From positions 19,757 through 83,756 of the IMG/VR virus record IMGVR_UViG_3300021197_001243: 64,000 bases of DNA; one strand, written 5' to 3'. This DNA comes from a virus. This document shows positions 1-11,400 of the stretch, piece by piece. Under the pieces are notes generated by a model. That model was not told where the DNA came from. It ran no database searches and worked only from the letters and a program-made list of their open reading frames with translations. The translations under genes and the position numbers were made by a program. The number at the start of each line of letters is the position of its first letter. The stretch's first letter is position 1.

Positions 1-402
1 AATACAAGTAAGATAGAGGATAGACTACTAGCAGTAGAAAGATTTATACATGCAGGGTACGATGTACATCTTAACTTCTCACCCGTAGTATATTACGATG
101 GGTGGGAAAAAGATTATACAGAGTTGTTTCATCTTGTAGATGATATTGTAACATACAAAGACAAGGTTAAAGCAGAGGTTATATTTCTAACTCACAATGC
201 TAAGAAGCACTGGCATAATCTCGAGAACAATGTACCGGGGGAGGAGTTATTGTGGACCCCAGATGTACAAGAAGTTAAAAAATCTCAGTACGGTGGTGAT
301 AATGTACGTTATAAGTTAGGTCTTAAGTCAGATCTTATAGCGCAGTTTAAGGATATACACGGATCCATAATACCGTGGAATACTATTAGATACATTTTTT
401 AA
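1..402 (+). CDS. Spore photoproduct lyase-like (SplB family, radical SAM) protein, C-terminal part; 5' end lies outside the window
   Basis: Frame 1 is open from base 1: NTSKIEDRLLAVERFIHAGYDVHLNFSPVVYYDGWEKDYTELF...EVIFLTHN...YGGDNVRYK...IPWNTIRYIF. This resembles the SplB C-terminal half. The CxxxCxxC motif is not in the window. The track's start at 124 is only an internal TTG. Confidence 0.7.
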   Translation, partial: NTSKIEDRLLAVERFIHAGYDVHLNFSPVVYYDGWEKDYTELFHLVDDIVTYKDKVKAEVIFLTHNAKKHWHNLENNVPGEELLWTPDVQEVKKSQYGGDNVRYKLGLKSDLIAQFKDIHGSIIPWNTIRYIF

Positions 403-536
403 TGAAAAGATTCCAAACTCGTAGAATAACACTTAGAAATACTCTTATACTAAAAAAGTATGGGTTTCCACTTTTCTTTATGATGAATATACTAAGTACA
501 ATACTTGTAGTGACAATGGTAAAGTACTGGTGGTAA
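402..536 (+). CDS. Small hypothetical membrane peptide (44 aa)
   Basis: ATG overlaps the upstream TAA (TAATG coupling). Product MKRFQTRRITLRNTLILKKYGFPLFFMMNILSTILVVTMVKYWW has a hydrophobic C-terminus and ends just before the terminator. Confidence 0.45.
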   Translation: MKRFQTRRITLRNTLILKKYGFPLFFMMNILSTILVVTMVKYWW

Positions 537-540
537 ACTA

Positions 541-573
541 AATTTCAGGGTCTCTTTAAGGGGCCCTGGAATT
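541..573. terminator. Hairpin terminator between convergent transcription units
   Basis: AATTTCAGGGTCTCT-TTA-AGGGGCCCTGGAATT is an inverted repeat (with G-T pairs) located exactly between the + and - strand blocks. Confidence 0.7.
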
Positions 574-3500
574 ATTCTATTTGTCCTACAAATTTTATAA
601 ATTGGTTATAGCCTGGTACAAAAGTTTCTGCTACTTCTCTTGGAAAACCTTTTGTCCTTGCATCTAACTCTTCACCTTTAAATGTTGCAGAGGTACTTCT
701 ATATCCTGCTTTTACTAGAGCAAATGCATCATCTACTAGACCTAAAGTAGGGATTGCAGATTGATTTAATTTTTGCAATTCTAAAGGATTCATTGCAAAA
801 GTAGTTTCAAGTATAACTTTTGCTAGTATGTCAGATAATAATCGTGTACCATAGTTGGTATTTTTTAAAGGCTCATCATCATCATTAAATCCTCTTGCTC
901 CGAACAGCATTCCTATAAGAGATAGTGTAAGAACTATTCGTGCCTCTGCAAGAAATGACCTTGTAGATGCCTCTCTCATTTCAATATATGATTCAAGATC
1001 TACTTGAAGCATATCAGGATCAGTAGTATTTGCTTTTACAAAATCTAATTCTAATTGTATTGCAGCTCTTTGCCTTTTATATCTTTCTTCTTTTGCCTCA
1101 CTCCATTTATTTTTAGATTCAAGTCTTGCTTTTCTTTCGGCACTTACAGTATAAGATCGTAAAAAGGCAAGATGTGAAAATGCATTATAAACTCTTTCTA
1201 AAGCTGCTGCTGTTGATGCTAAGTATCCGTTAGTTTCATCTGTAGACTGCTTACCAAGAATAGCTCGCATTCCCCCAATAAATCTACCTTCTACAGGAGC
1301 ATCTTCGATATAATCATATCGTCTTCCCCCATATCTTTTAAGTACAAATGCAGGTGCCCACCATTTGAATGTACCTAGTAATCTAAAAGCTAATTCTGTG
1401 TGAGCTGCCACTATATTATCCTCTCCTTGCTCACCTTTTATTCCTCCTACTACCTTTTTTACTACCTGTCTAAACTGTGTAAATGCTTCATCAGGTAAAG
1501 CATCTAAATCTACTACAACCTCTCCGGTTTTCTTATCCACTGTAGATTTCTCTGAAACTATCTCTAGTATTGATTTTGATCCTTCAGGTAATTGATTTAG
1601 CCTTTTTACAAGACCATCTTTACCTAATCCATAGTTTTGCATCATAGCTACAGCAACAGTTCTATCTATAGATCTATCTGTCATACCTAAAGGTTCATAC
1701 ATAAATGATGTATCAAGATTTCTTGTTAGCACAGTAGCATGCATTCTTCTTCCTCTATGATACTCTCTACCTTGTGTATGCAAGTTAAAATAGTCTGTTA
1801 TACCATAGTAAAAATCTCTATCCTTAGCAAACATTAGTAGAGAGTCTGATAGTTCTTTTGTTCCGTAATGAACTCCTCCCATACCTTCTACATATGTAAA
1901 TAAACTACCTGCTATTTTAGTAGATATTGCAAGTTTTACAGGTACAGATATCTTCATATAACTAAAAAGAGCGTTAAGCTTACTTACAAGCTTTTGCATA
2001 CTTACATTACCTATAATCTTATCCTTACTACTATAAGAATGTCCGTACATATAGTAGTTAAAGAATTGGTCAAATAATTTAAGAGTATCTGGATCTAGAC
2101 CTTCTTCATCTAATACAGGTTTACCTGATTCTCGTATTATTTCTGTTCCTCTTTTTGTAGATTTTGTTTTTAATTGCTGCCCTGCTAAATGTTTAGTATG
2201 TAATTGATGTCTTAAGAACAGCATTTCAGATTCTATCTTAGACTTTTCGATATAATTATAAATGCTTGCTCCCATCATATACATAGACCTAGACAAATCT
2301 CTTGATACAAGCTGAGAAGATTTATCTCCTTTTCTATTTTTAAGTGCATTTATAAAAGGTAACGGTACTTTTTGTATAGGATTACCCCCGCTTGTATCAT
2401 CTTCATCTACTTTGACAGCAAATCCTCTTGACCACCAATCTTGTATAAAATCTTTACTGAATATATCTTTTCCTCTTGTAAAATTTTCAATAAGAGTTTT
2501 TCTAACTGTAGGAATAGTATTGCCAGATAGATATACTCCATCCATTTCTTCATTATACTCTCTAAGCTGCTCTTTCCAAGCATTAAAGTATGTTAAAAGA
2601 GCCTCATTCCCAGGCTGATTAAGTTTTTCAAAACTTTCACTCCATACTTCTTTGGCATATTCAGGTTTTACTTCTAAGTACATCCAGTATTTAGGTGATG
2701 CCCAAGCAGAAGGGTTTCCTCCAAACACATTATAATTATCCTTAAAAGATTTTAGATACGCATTATAGGCTTTTCCTTTGTTAGGATATTCTCTTTTTAA
2801 GTACTCTATTCTTTTTTTAAGAGCTTTATTATAAGACTCTTTAGCCCCTTCTTTTATCTGGAATCTTTCTTTCATCCAGGCTACAGATTCTTTTTTTACT
2901 TCATCAGGTACACCTACTTTTTCTAGTACCTCTTCCCAAAACTCTTTTTTAAACATTGGGATAAGTTTTAACTCTTCTCCCGTATCCTCTATAAACATTT
3001 CATATACATCTACAAGAGACATATTTTTGCTTTCAGCATACAGTTGTAAAGACTCATCTAGGTTAAACCACTTTCTTCTAAGCTCTTCAACTCTACGAGC
3101 TATGATATCATGAGTAATATTTATTCTTCTTTTGCCTTCTTGGAATATAGGATTCTCAATTTGATCCATAACTATAAACTTGTCCAAGAATCCAAGTCCT
3201 GCATAAGGTATTGTAGTATCTAATCTAGAGTTTACTAAACTTCTCCTAAGAAGTTCTTCCTCTATAATTTCAACTGCATCTTCTACAGACCTACTTAATT
3301 CTGCTATGTCATCGTAAACAGCAGTTTTTTCTTTTTTAGTTTTTAAAGATTTAGCCTTACGAACCATCACAGCGTTTATATCAGAAAACATTTGTAACAG
3401 ATCTAAAGAATGCTGTAATTCATCAAAAGACATATAGTTCTCTGAATCTTCATCTGAAATAGATGCATAATCAGTAGCTTTATTTATAGTCTCATTTAGA

Positions 3501-5491
3501 GTTTCAAGCAGCTCTCCAAGATTTGATTCTACTACTAATGATTGTACAGCTCTGTACAGTACATCTTTTTCTCTACGGATTTTTGCCGAAGGCTTCATTT
3601 TGTTTAGCTCTGTAAGCCTATTGTATATTTCTGACAACTTTGCATTTATTCTTTTGTCGTCAGTGTATTCTTTAGCTACAGATATATGCTGTAAGAACTT
3701 ATTTTTAGATTTACCTATATTAAAGGTGTTTATACCTGTAGGTATACCTGCCTTACTCCACGAAAAATCCATATGCCCAGGTATAATTCTAGACATCCTA
3801 ATTTTACCTATACTATAGTTATCAGATAAAGTAGTAGCATAGATTCCTAACTGTGAATCATAAGACTCTCTTTTACCTCCTCTAAAAGGATCAATAACTA
3901 TTTTTTTTGAAGCTCCTGCACCTTCAGTAAACTTTTGCTTAGGAGCTATAAACTTAAAGTCATAAATTGCTACGGATCCATCAGAAAACAAAAACAATAT
4001 ATCTATAGTACCTGCAGTATCAGTTGCTTTATCATAAACTTGTACCTCTGTAAATACTTCAAAGTCTTTATCTTTTGCTATAGTATCTTGAGTTTTACGT
4101 ACCTGTGTTAAAAGCCGTTTCATTTCTCCACGAAACTCTTTAAACATATTATCAGTAAGATCTGCTTTATACTTTACATCAGATTCAGTTAATTTAACTC
4201 TGCTATCTTCTAAATCTACAACAGAAGCTCCTTTCATTTTTGATGCCTCATCCTCTACAAGAAATTGTCCTACATTATGAAGATTTGTACCTGCGTCTCT
4301 AGCAAAAGCTGATTTAGGATTTTTTTGCATACCTTTTACAGCTTCAAGACCCCCCATATTTCTCATAAAGCTTATAGTAGAATCGTCTGTAGCTCTTCGA
4401 GTAACCATTTTAGTTGTACCATCCTCTTGCTCAAGCATATATCTCGCTATAACTCCTTGATCGTCTTCAAATAACTCAAAGTTTTTTATTTTACCTTCAG
4501 CTAACTCTTTTGTAATATCTGTTTTTATAGAAAGCTTATTATGTGTACTTATAAGTTCTCCTTTAATAAGTTCTGCTGGTGTAGCTGTACCTAATGACCT
4601 GAATAAAGTATTGTTGCTAGTGTTATCTATAGCATCTTGGTATTTTGTAAGATCGTTATTGAACATTTTGTATGCAGCTTTGACATACGGATCCTCTAAA
4701 TTGAACATGTTCTTTATAGCTTGCCATGCTCTTTTCCACCAACGACTCTCTCTATCATTGATATTTTCATCAGTGGCTCTATTAACCATTACCTTTGCAA
4801 TAGCTTCATCTATAATATCTTCTTCTGTATACTCTGATATAGCTGCTCTATATTTTGTAGATACCTCTGCATATTCAGGAGTAGTAAATATTCTAGAACG
4901 CATAGAATTATATAATGCACTCCCTGTATCTTTTAAAGCATTGACATAAAAATGAGTTATTTCCTCTGTAAGCTCTGACTCATTACCTAAAGTAGCCACT
5001 ATAGATTTATTTATAAGATCTGCTACAGCTACTCCTGCAATAAGATTACCTTCATTGTCAGTTAAAGTCTTTGCAACTTTAAAAGATATTCCAAGCTGAT
5101 TCATAATAAGCTTAAGACTGGCTTGTATGTTCCTTTCTGCTTCAGCTATTCTTTCTTGTACTATCTTTTCTTCTTTTTCCGGGGAAATATCTGCAAGCTC
5201 TTGAAACCTTTCTATTTGAGCCCCCCTAAATCTTACAAGTGTATTTCGTACAGTGGTATCTCTAAAATAAGAGTTTCCTCGTATAGCTTTAACCTGAGAA
5301 TCTTGTAAGTATACTACAGGCTCGGTCTGCATATCGTACGTAGTTTCTAATACGTCTTGAACACGGGCAGCTTCTTGATTAAACTTATATGCAGGCGCAG
5401 ATAGTTGGTATAACCTCCTACTCTCGTTGTACTCCATAAGGCCTTTTTCGACCATATTATTTATTATGTTGGATTCTATACTACAACTCAT
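572..5491 (-). CDS. Large virion cargo protein (1639 aa) with a degenerate zincin-like domain and a PD-(D/E)xK nuclease domain
   Basis: Lies directly downstream of the vRNAP gene, as in crAss-like phages. LTEEITHFYV...IIDEAIAK is an EExxH zincin variant. AGTNLH...EVQVYD...AGTIDILFLFSDGSVAIYDFK is a PD-(D/E)xK signature. The C-terminal region is helical. Confidence 0.75.
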   Translation of the reverse strand: MSCSIESNIINNMVEKGLMEYNESRRLYQLSAPAYKFNQEAARVQDVLETTYDMQTEPVVYLQDSQVKAIRGNSYFRDTTVRNTLVRFRGAQIERFQELADISPEKEEKIVQERIAEAERNIQASLKLIMNQLGISFKVAKTLTDNEGNLIAGVAVADLINKSIVATLGNESELTEEITHFYVNALKDTGSALYNSMRSRIFTTPEYAEVSTKYRAAISEYTEEDIIDEAIAKVMVNRATDENINDRESRWWKRAWQAIKNMFNLEDPYVKAAYKMFNNDLTKYQDAIDNTSNNTLFRSLGTATPAELIKGELISTHNKLSIKTDITKELAEGKIKNFELFEDDQGVIARYMLEQEDGTTKMVTRRATDDSTISFMRNMGGLEAVKGMQKNPKSAFARDAGTNLHNVGQFLVEDEASKMKGASVVDLEDSRVKLTESDVKYKADLTDNMFKEFRGEMKRLLTQVRKTQDTIAKDKDFEVFTEVQVYDKATDTAGTIDILFLFSDGSVAIYDFKFIAPKQKFTEGAGASKKIVIDPFRGGKRESYDSQLGIYATTLSDNYSIGKIRMSRIIPGHMDFSWSKAGIPTGINTFNIGKSKNKFLQHISVAKEYTDDKRINAKLSEIYNRLTELNKMKPSAKIRREKDVLYRAVQSLVVESNLGELLETLNETINKATDYASISDEDSENYMSFDELQHSLDLLQMFSDINAVMVRKAKSLKTKKEKTAVYDDIAELSRSVEDAVEIIEEELLRRSLVNSRLDTTIPYAGLGFLDKFIVMDQIENPIFQEGKRRINITHDIIARRVEELRRKWFNLDESLQLYAESKNMSLVDVYEMFIEDTGEELKLIPMFKKEFWEEVLEKVGVPDEVKKESVAWMKERFQIKEGAKESYNKALKKRIEYLKREYPNKGKAYNAYLKSFKDNYNVFGGNPSAWASPKYWMYLEVKPEYAKEVWSESFEKLNQPGNEALLTYFNAWKEQLREYNEEMDGVYLSGNTIPTVRKTLIENFTRGKDIFSKDFIQDWWSRGFAVKVDEDDTSGGNPIQKVPLPFINALKNRKGDKSSQLVSRDLSRSMYMMGASIYNYIEKSKIESEMLFLRHQLHTKHLAGQQLKTKSTKRGTEIIRESGKPVLDEEGLDPDTLKLFDQFFNYYMYGHSYSSKDKIIGNVSMQKLVSKLNALFSYMKISVPVKLAISTKIAGSLFTYVEGMGGVHYGTKELSDSLLMFAKDRDFYYGITDYFNLHTQGREYHRGRRMHATVLTRNLDTSFMYEPLGMTDRSIDRTVAVAMMQNYGLGKDGLVKRLNQLPEGSKSILEIVSEKSTVDKKTGEVVVDLDALPDEAFTQFRQVVKKVVGGIKGEQGEDNIVAAHTELAFRLLGTFKWWAPAFVLKRYGGRRYDYIEDAPVEGRFIGGMRAILGKQSTDETNGYLASTAAALERVYNAFSHLAFLRSYTVSAERKARLESKNKWSEAKEERYKRQRAAIQLELDFVKANTTDPDMLQVDLESYIEMREASTRSFLAEARIVLTLSLIGMLFGARGFNDDDEPLKNTNYGTRLLSDILAKVILETTFAMNPLELQKLNQSAIPTLGLVDDAFALVKAGYRSTSATFKGEELDARTKGFPREVAETFVPGYNQFIKFVGQIE

Positions 5492-8400
5492 TATTTTTTA
5501 CAAGTTAAAGGGTCTTTTTTACCTTTTTTAGGTTTACTCTGGGCTTTATTTTTATTTGCAATAGTGTAATTAGAATCTAAAAATATGGTATTTGTCATAT
5601 TTACAAGATTGGTGCTTCCTCTTACATCTATTGGTACAGAAACTCCTTCTTCGCCCTCTACAGGATTTCTAAAGTAAACTACTTCAGCTTTAGGTCTAGC
5701 TGCACCCTGTGCTATAGCTTGTTTAAAAGCTTTTTTAGACTTAGAAGTTAACTGATATGTAATAGGGTGAGTCTTTTTACTATACGTATTATTTTTAACT
5801 GCAATAGTCCTATCATTACGGTTATTCTCTAAAAAGTATTCAAAGTAATCTTCTATCCTACCGTTAAATACCATACCTGCATTTCCAGTTGCATACCTAT
5901 CTAAAGGATCTTCCATTAATCTCATAATTGAGTCTCCAGGTATTGTATTTAAGAATGAATTTCTTGCAGTTTCAATTCCGGTTTGAAGTAATGCTGTTTT
6001 AATAATATTTCTTGCTATATCAGGATATGTAGCTTCAACTTCTCTAAATCCATCATAGATACTATTCATTTCAAATGGAGTCATAGTTCTATTCAAAGGC
6101 TGAAGATAATCATTTGTCATGTCTTTACCCTCTCTAACAGGAGATATAACAGGTATGAGGTTCTGTATGAATGGATTATCTTTTAAAGGATGCTTTACTT
6201 TAGGATTTTGAATCGTTTCTATCTGCATTGCCATAGAGTCTTCTCCAAGCATAAGAGATTCTATATTATCTCCTAAATCTATTTCTTGATTTGAATCTTC
6301 TCTATATACAGGAATATTCTGCATTATAAATGATATAAATCCATTTTCATACTTATTCAAAATTTTTGCTCTTTCATCTACAGAAAGACCTCTAATATTA
6401 GGATTTGTATATATTTTTTGTATCCGTTTAAAGTCCACCATAAATGCAGCCTGCTGATCTTCTGTCAAAAATAGATCATTAAAAATAGTCTGCATGTCAT
6501 AGTTGTACATAGACAATGATCTCATAAATGTATCAGGTGTTCCTTTTTTAGCTATAAAATCTTCAAATCCTATTATATCTTGTTTAGAACCTAGTATATG
6601 TATTTGATCTGGCTCAAATGCTATAATTTCACCTAAGCCTTCTGTATCTATTATACCATCGTTACCTAAGTCTGAAAATCTTTTAGTATCACCAGGTTTA
6701 TTTATGGTCTCACTTAATCCAGGAGCATCGGTAATAGGATTTTTTAAATTTAAAACAACAGCCATTTTCACTTCCCCTACATGTGCATAGGCTGCCTTAT
6801 CGGAAGTGAAATAAAAACCATCACTTATTAATTTAGTTTTATCAAATTCTTCAAATTTTTCTTTTGTGTTATGATAAACAATATCTTTTACTTTACTCTC
6901 AGGGAATATAGTGTTTAGATAAGCATTGTACTGTTCTTCTGTACCTATCTCTGCTAGCTCAGGATTGGATTCAAATACTTCAGAGACACCTTCAGTAACC
7001 TCAGTTGCAGGTTGAGTAGTATTTATACTTGTTATTTTCTCAGCATTTTTAAACAGCCCTGTACTTAATGCACTTTTATACATATCTAAGATAACTCTAA
7101 GATGATTTCTGCTCTTAGGTATCTTAGTATCAAATGCTTGAGCCGTAACTATATTACCAAGAGTTTCACCTAGTTTGCTGTACATAAACATATCAGATAG
7201 TACTTGAAGCTGTACATACTTTTCTTCTTCAGTCATATCCTCTACATCTTTTGCCACCATAGGTTTAAGCATATCTGCACTTAAAAGGTACGTATCAGAT
7301 TCTGTAGGAGAAGTTTTAAAGTTTGTAGCATATAGCGTTCTAAGATCTTTAGATATTTCTTCATCATATATACTTTCTTCCATTACCTTACTTGTTCTAC
7401 TCCTACCTATTTCAAGCATTTGTAGGTAGTCTTTAACAATAGGCTGGTTAGCAAACATTGCTTGTGTACGTATATCTACTCCTACTCGAGTAAGGAACAT
7501 CCACATATTTGCATTGTCCGGAGTAATATTCAAAATGTGAAGTATAGGATTGTTCACAACATCTACAGAAGCGTTTGTAAACTGACTTATAGCATCAGAT
7601 ATACGCATAGTCCCTTCAACATTAGTCACTCTCCCTAAAGAATGTTCCATAGCTAATGGATCAAACCCTGTAAAGTTTATAGCTATCTCTTTAATAGCTC
7701 CTGTAGGAAGTTTAAGCTCATTATCAGTATCTAAAGTAAGTCCTGCTATTTGCCCTTTAATATGGTGCGTAGAACCAAGTGCTGCTATACCTACAAGTAC
7801 TTTACCTTTATTAAATGCTTCAGCTACCTCTATAAGATTAGGTATGCTAGTATCTGTATGGTAATCTGTAATAGTTGCTAAATCAGGTAGTCTTTTATCA
7901 CCTTTATAAATACCTTCTACAAGTTCATTAGTATTAGGATCTACACCTCCATTTAGCTCTAAAGCAATTGCCTCTAAGTCATTTGTATGCACAGGTTGTA
8001 GCCAGGTATCATATCTTTCCTCATTATTTATTTGCAATAACGTAATCATATCTTCCATTACAGCATTCTGCATAGCCCCCTTACTCTGTGAGTTGTACTT
8101 AGTGGCTTTTGGATTTTCAGCTTGCCATTCTTCAAAAGATTTAGAGAATACTTCTTGTTTAGCTATAATTTTTTTAATTCTAGCATATGATTTACGTATC
8201 TCTTTAGGATTAGAGTCAAAATACTGTGCTAGCTTATCCGCCTGTTCATTAGATATATCTTCTGCAGATTCTTTAAATAGCTCATCTGCTGTTTTTTCTC
8301 CAAAAATCTTACTTACAAAAGAGTCTGTAAGCATTTTTACAAGCTGATCTCTTTCTGCTACAGAATCCATTATGTCTTCCATCTCTTCAAGAGCCTTCAT

Positions 8401-11400
8401 ATTTCTATTCAGGATACGTTGCTCTGCATTATACCACTCTTCTAAAGAATCATAAAACTTTTCTTTTACAAGTTTACCTCCACGCATTCTATATGCTGGG
8501 AAATACAATACAAGTTTATCTATATCAAAGTCAGATCCTGACTTAGTAACCATTTCAGATGGAATTACCACTGTAGGACCTGCAGTTCTAGGTAAAAATC
8601 CTTTCACTTTAATAGCTTCAATAGAGTGAATACCGTCTGTAGGTATACGTATACCTATAAGTTCAAGTAGGTCAAGTTCTCCTACTTTAGTGTCTCCATC
8701 ATATATACCATCTTTTTTAATTATCATATCCTTACCCACCATCTCTTTAAAGTGATGTGGTAGATATACTTGCATATATTTATCTCCTTCAGTGTAAGCT
8801 TCAAGCTCATCAAGTCTCACTCCAGGTATACCATCTATTTTTGATGTTTCAAATCCTAGCGAAGACTGTTGTACATACATGTCCCCTTTAAATCTTTGAC
8901 GGATAACTCTCTTACCCGCAAGACTCCATAGTACTCCTTCAAGCCTTCCTTTATTAGACACTGCATCAAAGTACACAGGTTTTTTCTCTTCATTACGCTC
9001 TTCAAGATAATCTAAAGACGCAAGGAGTTGTTTAGGCATTTGACGTCTTAAACTCTCATTTTTAATAGCAGCTATAAACTTGCTGAAGTCATTGTTTATC
9101 ACTTCATAGTTCATAGTATTATCCTCATTCCTACCTTTTTCTTTTATACCAAACTCATCTAAAAGTTTAGTGTAAGCTTGCTCTGTAAGGCTGTTAAGAA
9201 CAGAATTATATCGTTCAATAGTAGGACTAAGAGCTTCAAATTCTGGACGAATAGCTCCGTTTTGAAATAAATCAGATAGTACTTGTACTCTTGCTTGTGT
9301 AGCAATCGGAGATGTACCTTTAAATTTAGAAGGCACTTCTAACTGTGTCCCCATAAATCTGTAGTCTATATTAACCACGTTAGAAGAATCTAAATTATTC
9401 TTTAACATGTCAGAGTTAAGTATAACTCCATCCTCCATAAGTTCTAACTGACTATCTTCTCCAGGTACACCAATCTTAAATGCAGATGGAAGTATAAGTC
9501 CCCCTAAAGTTTCTGAAGTAAGAAATTTGTACATATTTTCTATACCTGTAAATGTCTTATTCCCCATTTTTCCTAAACCAGGATATATAGGTGCAGCAGA
9601 CATTTTAAAGAAACCTGGTACTTGAGTATTTATATTGTCATTAGCGAGATATCCAAAATACTGGAATTTAAGAGGTGGGAATTTACCCATAACTTCATCA
9701 GTTATAGTATCTCCTCTATACATTACATTTTCATAGACTTTTTCTTGTGCAGGGCTCCAAGTATTTCCTCTTATAGCCATTTCTCTGTATGCAGGAAGAG
9801 TAAGTAAAAGTGTACCATCCGCTTTTTCAGCTGCTTTAGCATAAGCTGCAGCTACTTTTGGAGATAAAGAATCTATATACTCCTGTAAAAATGGAGTTAT
9901 ACGTGAAGGTTCTTTTACTACAACTAATTGTTCAAATCCATCTGCTACTTTTCCGTCAAATAGTGTAAATTCTGCATCTGTTTTATTGTTTTTTACTCTA
10001 GAGTTTTCAGAAGCGTTAAGCCATTCATTTAAGCCTTCATCTACATTAAATATGTCTTTTACACCTACAGCACCTTTTACTCTTTTAAATAAAGCTTTAT
10101 AAAATGCTGGATCTCCAAAAAACATTTTGAACATCTCATTTTTATAAATAGTCTGACGTACAACAACTGTTTCTACAAACTCTTGAAGTTTTTCTTTTGA
10201 TACATTATCAGGGAGTGTTTCTCCAAATCTAGCTCTATTTAGCCCATATAATTGATAGCTGTCATCTTCATTCTTAGAAACCACTTTAAGTTTATCCATA
10301 AACTCTATAAGTTCTTCTACATCTTCTTTTAAAACTTTTTCAATAGACTCAAAAAATGCATTGCTGTTAAGAGTTATAAATTCTTGTATATCATCTCTAG
10401 TGGCCTCTGCATTATTCATCATATTATTGAGGTGAGATGTCATGTCAGGATTAAGTTTTGACATAAGCTTTTTAAACATCCTCAACTTATTGATACGATC
10501 AGTGTAATCTTTTACATTAATTTGCTCTTCAGTCGCAGTGTTAGTAGCCACTATTTCATCTACTAAATATCCAAGTAGTGCATCTTTTGCTGACCGGATA
10601 TCCTTAAATTCCTTTATAGGGAATCTTATAGAGAAATCTGTAGCTATATCTGCCGCTTTAAGTACAGGCATTACACCTTCCATTATAGACTCTATATAGC
10701 TTGTAAGATTATCTGTAGGGCGCAGCTTAGAAGTTTTTACTCCTACTTGACCTGCACCCTCTATTGCAAGACCCTCACGTATCATTACATCCATTTTAAC
10801 ATTTGGATCGTCTCTAAGTGCTTTTAGAGTGAGGGAATTAAATGCATAAGGGTTTTTGTTAGGATTCTCTTTTGTAGGGAAATAATCTTTAAGCTCATCT
10901 ATAGGGGTATTTGCTATAGTGCTCATTTCATTGTTCATAGAAATGCTATAAACAAGTTTTCCTTCAGGATTTTGATGCTGGAACTCATACTCTATATTAG
11001 TAGTATCAAGTTCAAGCTTTGCAAGATGATTCATCCTTGTAACACTAAGAGATTCACTCCTGTCAAATAGTGCTGTAAGAGATGTAGTACCTGCTATTAT
11101 ATCTCCAAATACAAAGTCAATACCATTATCTATAGCATTTCTATATGTAGTGTCCGTACCAGGTAACATCATTTCATTTCTAGAATCTATCTGTAAGATT
11201 CCTTCTAACTTTTCTCTATTAGAGAATACTATTCCTAAATGTTCAAGGGCATCAAGTTTGTACCCATAATCTCTTGAGTTTTCTACAGCATTAAGTACTC
11301 CTTTTATAGTAAGTTTTCTATTTCCAAATTTGGATTTTACATCTTTATCAAATACAATATTGCCTCTCTCATCAAATTGCACATGTTTAGATGTCCGTGT

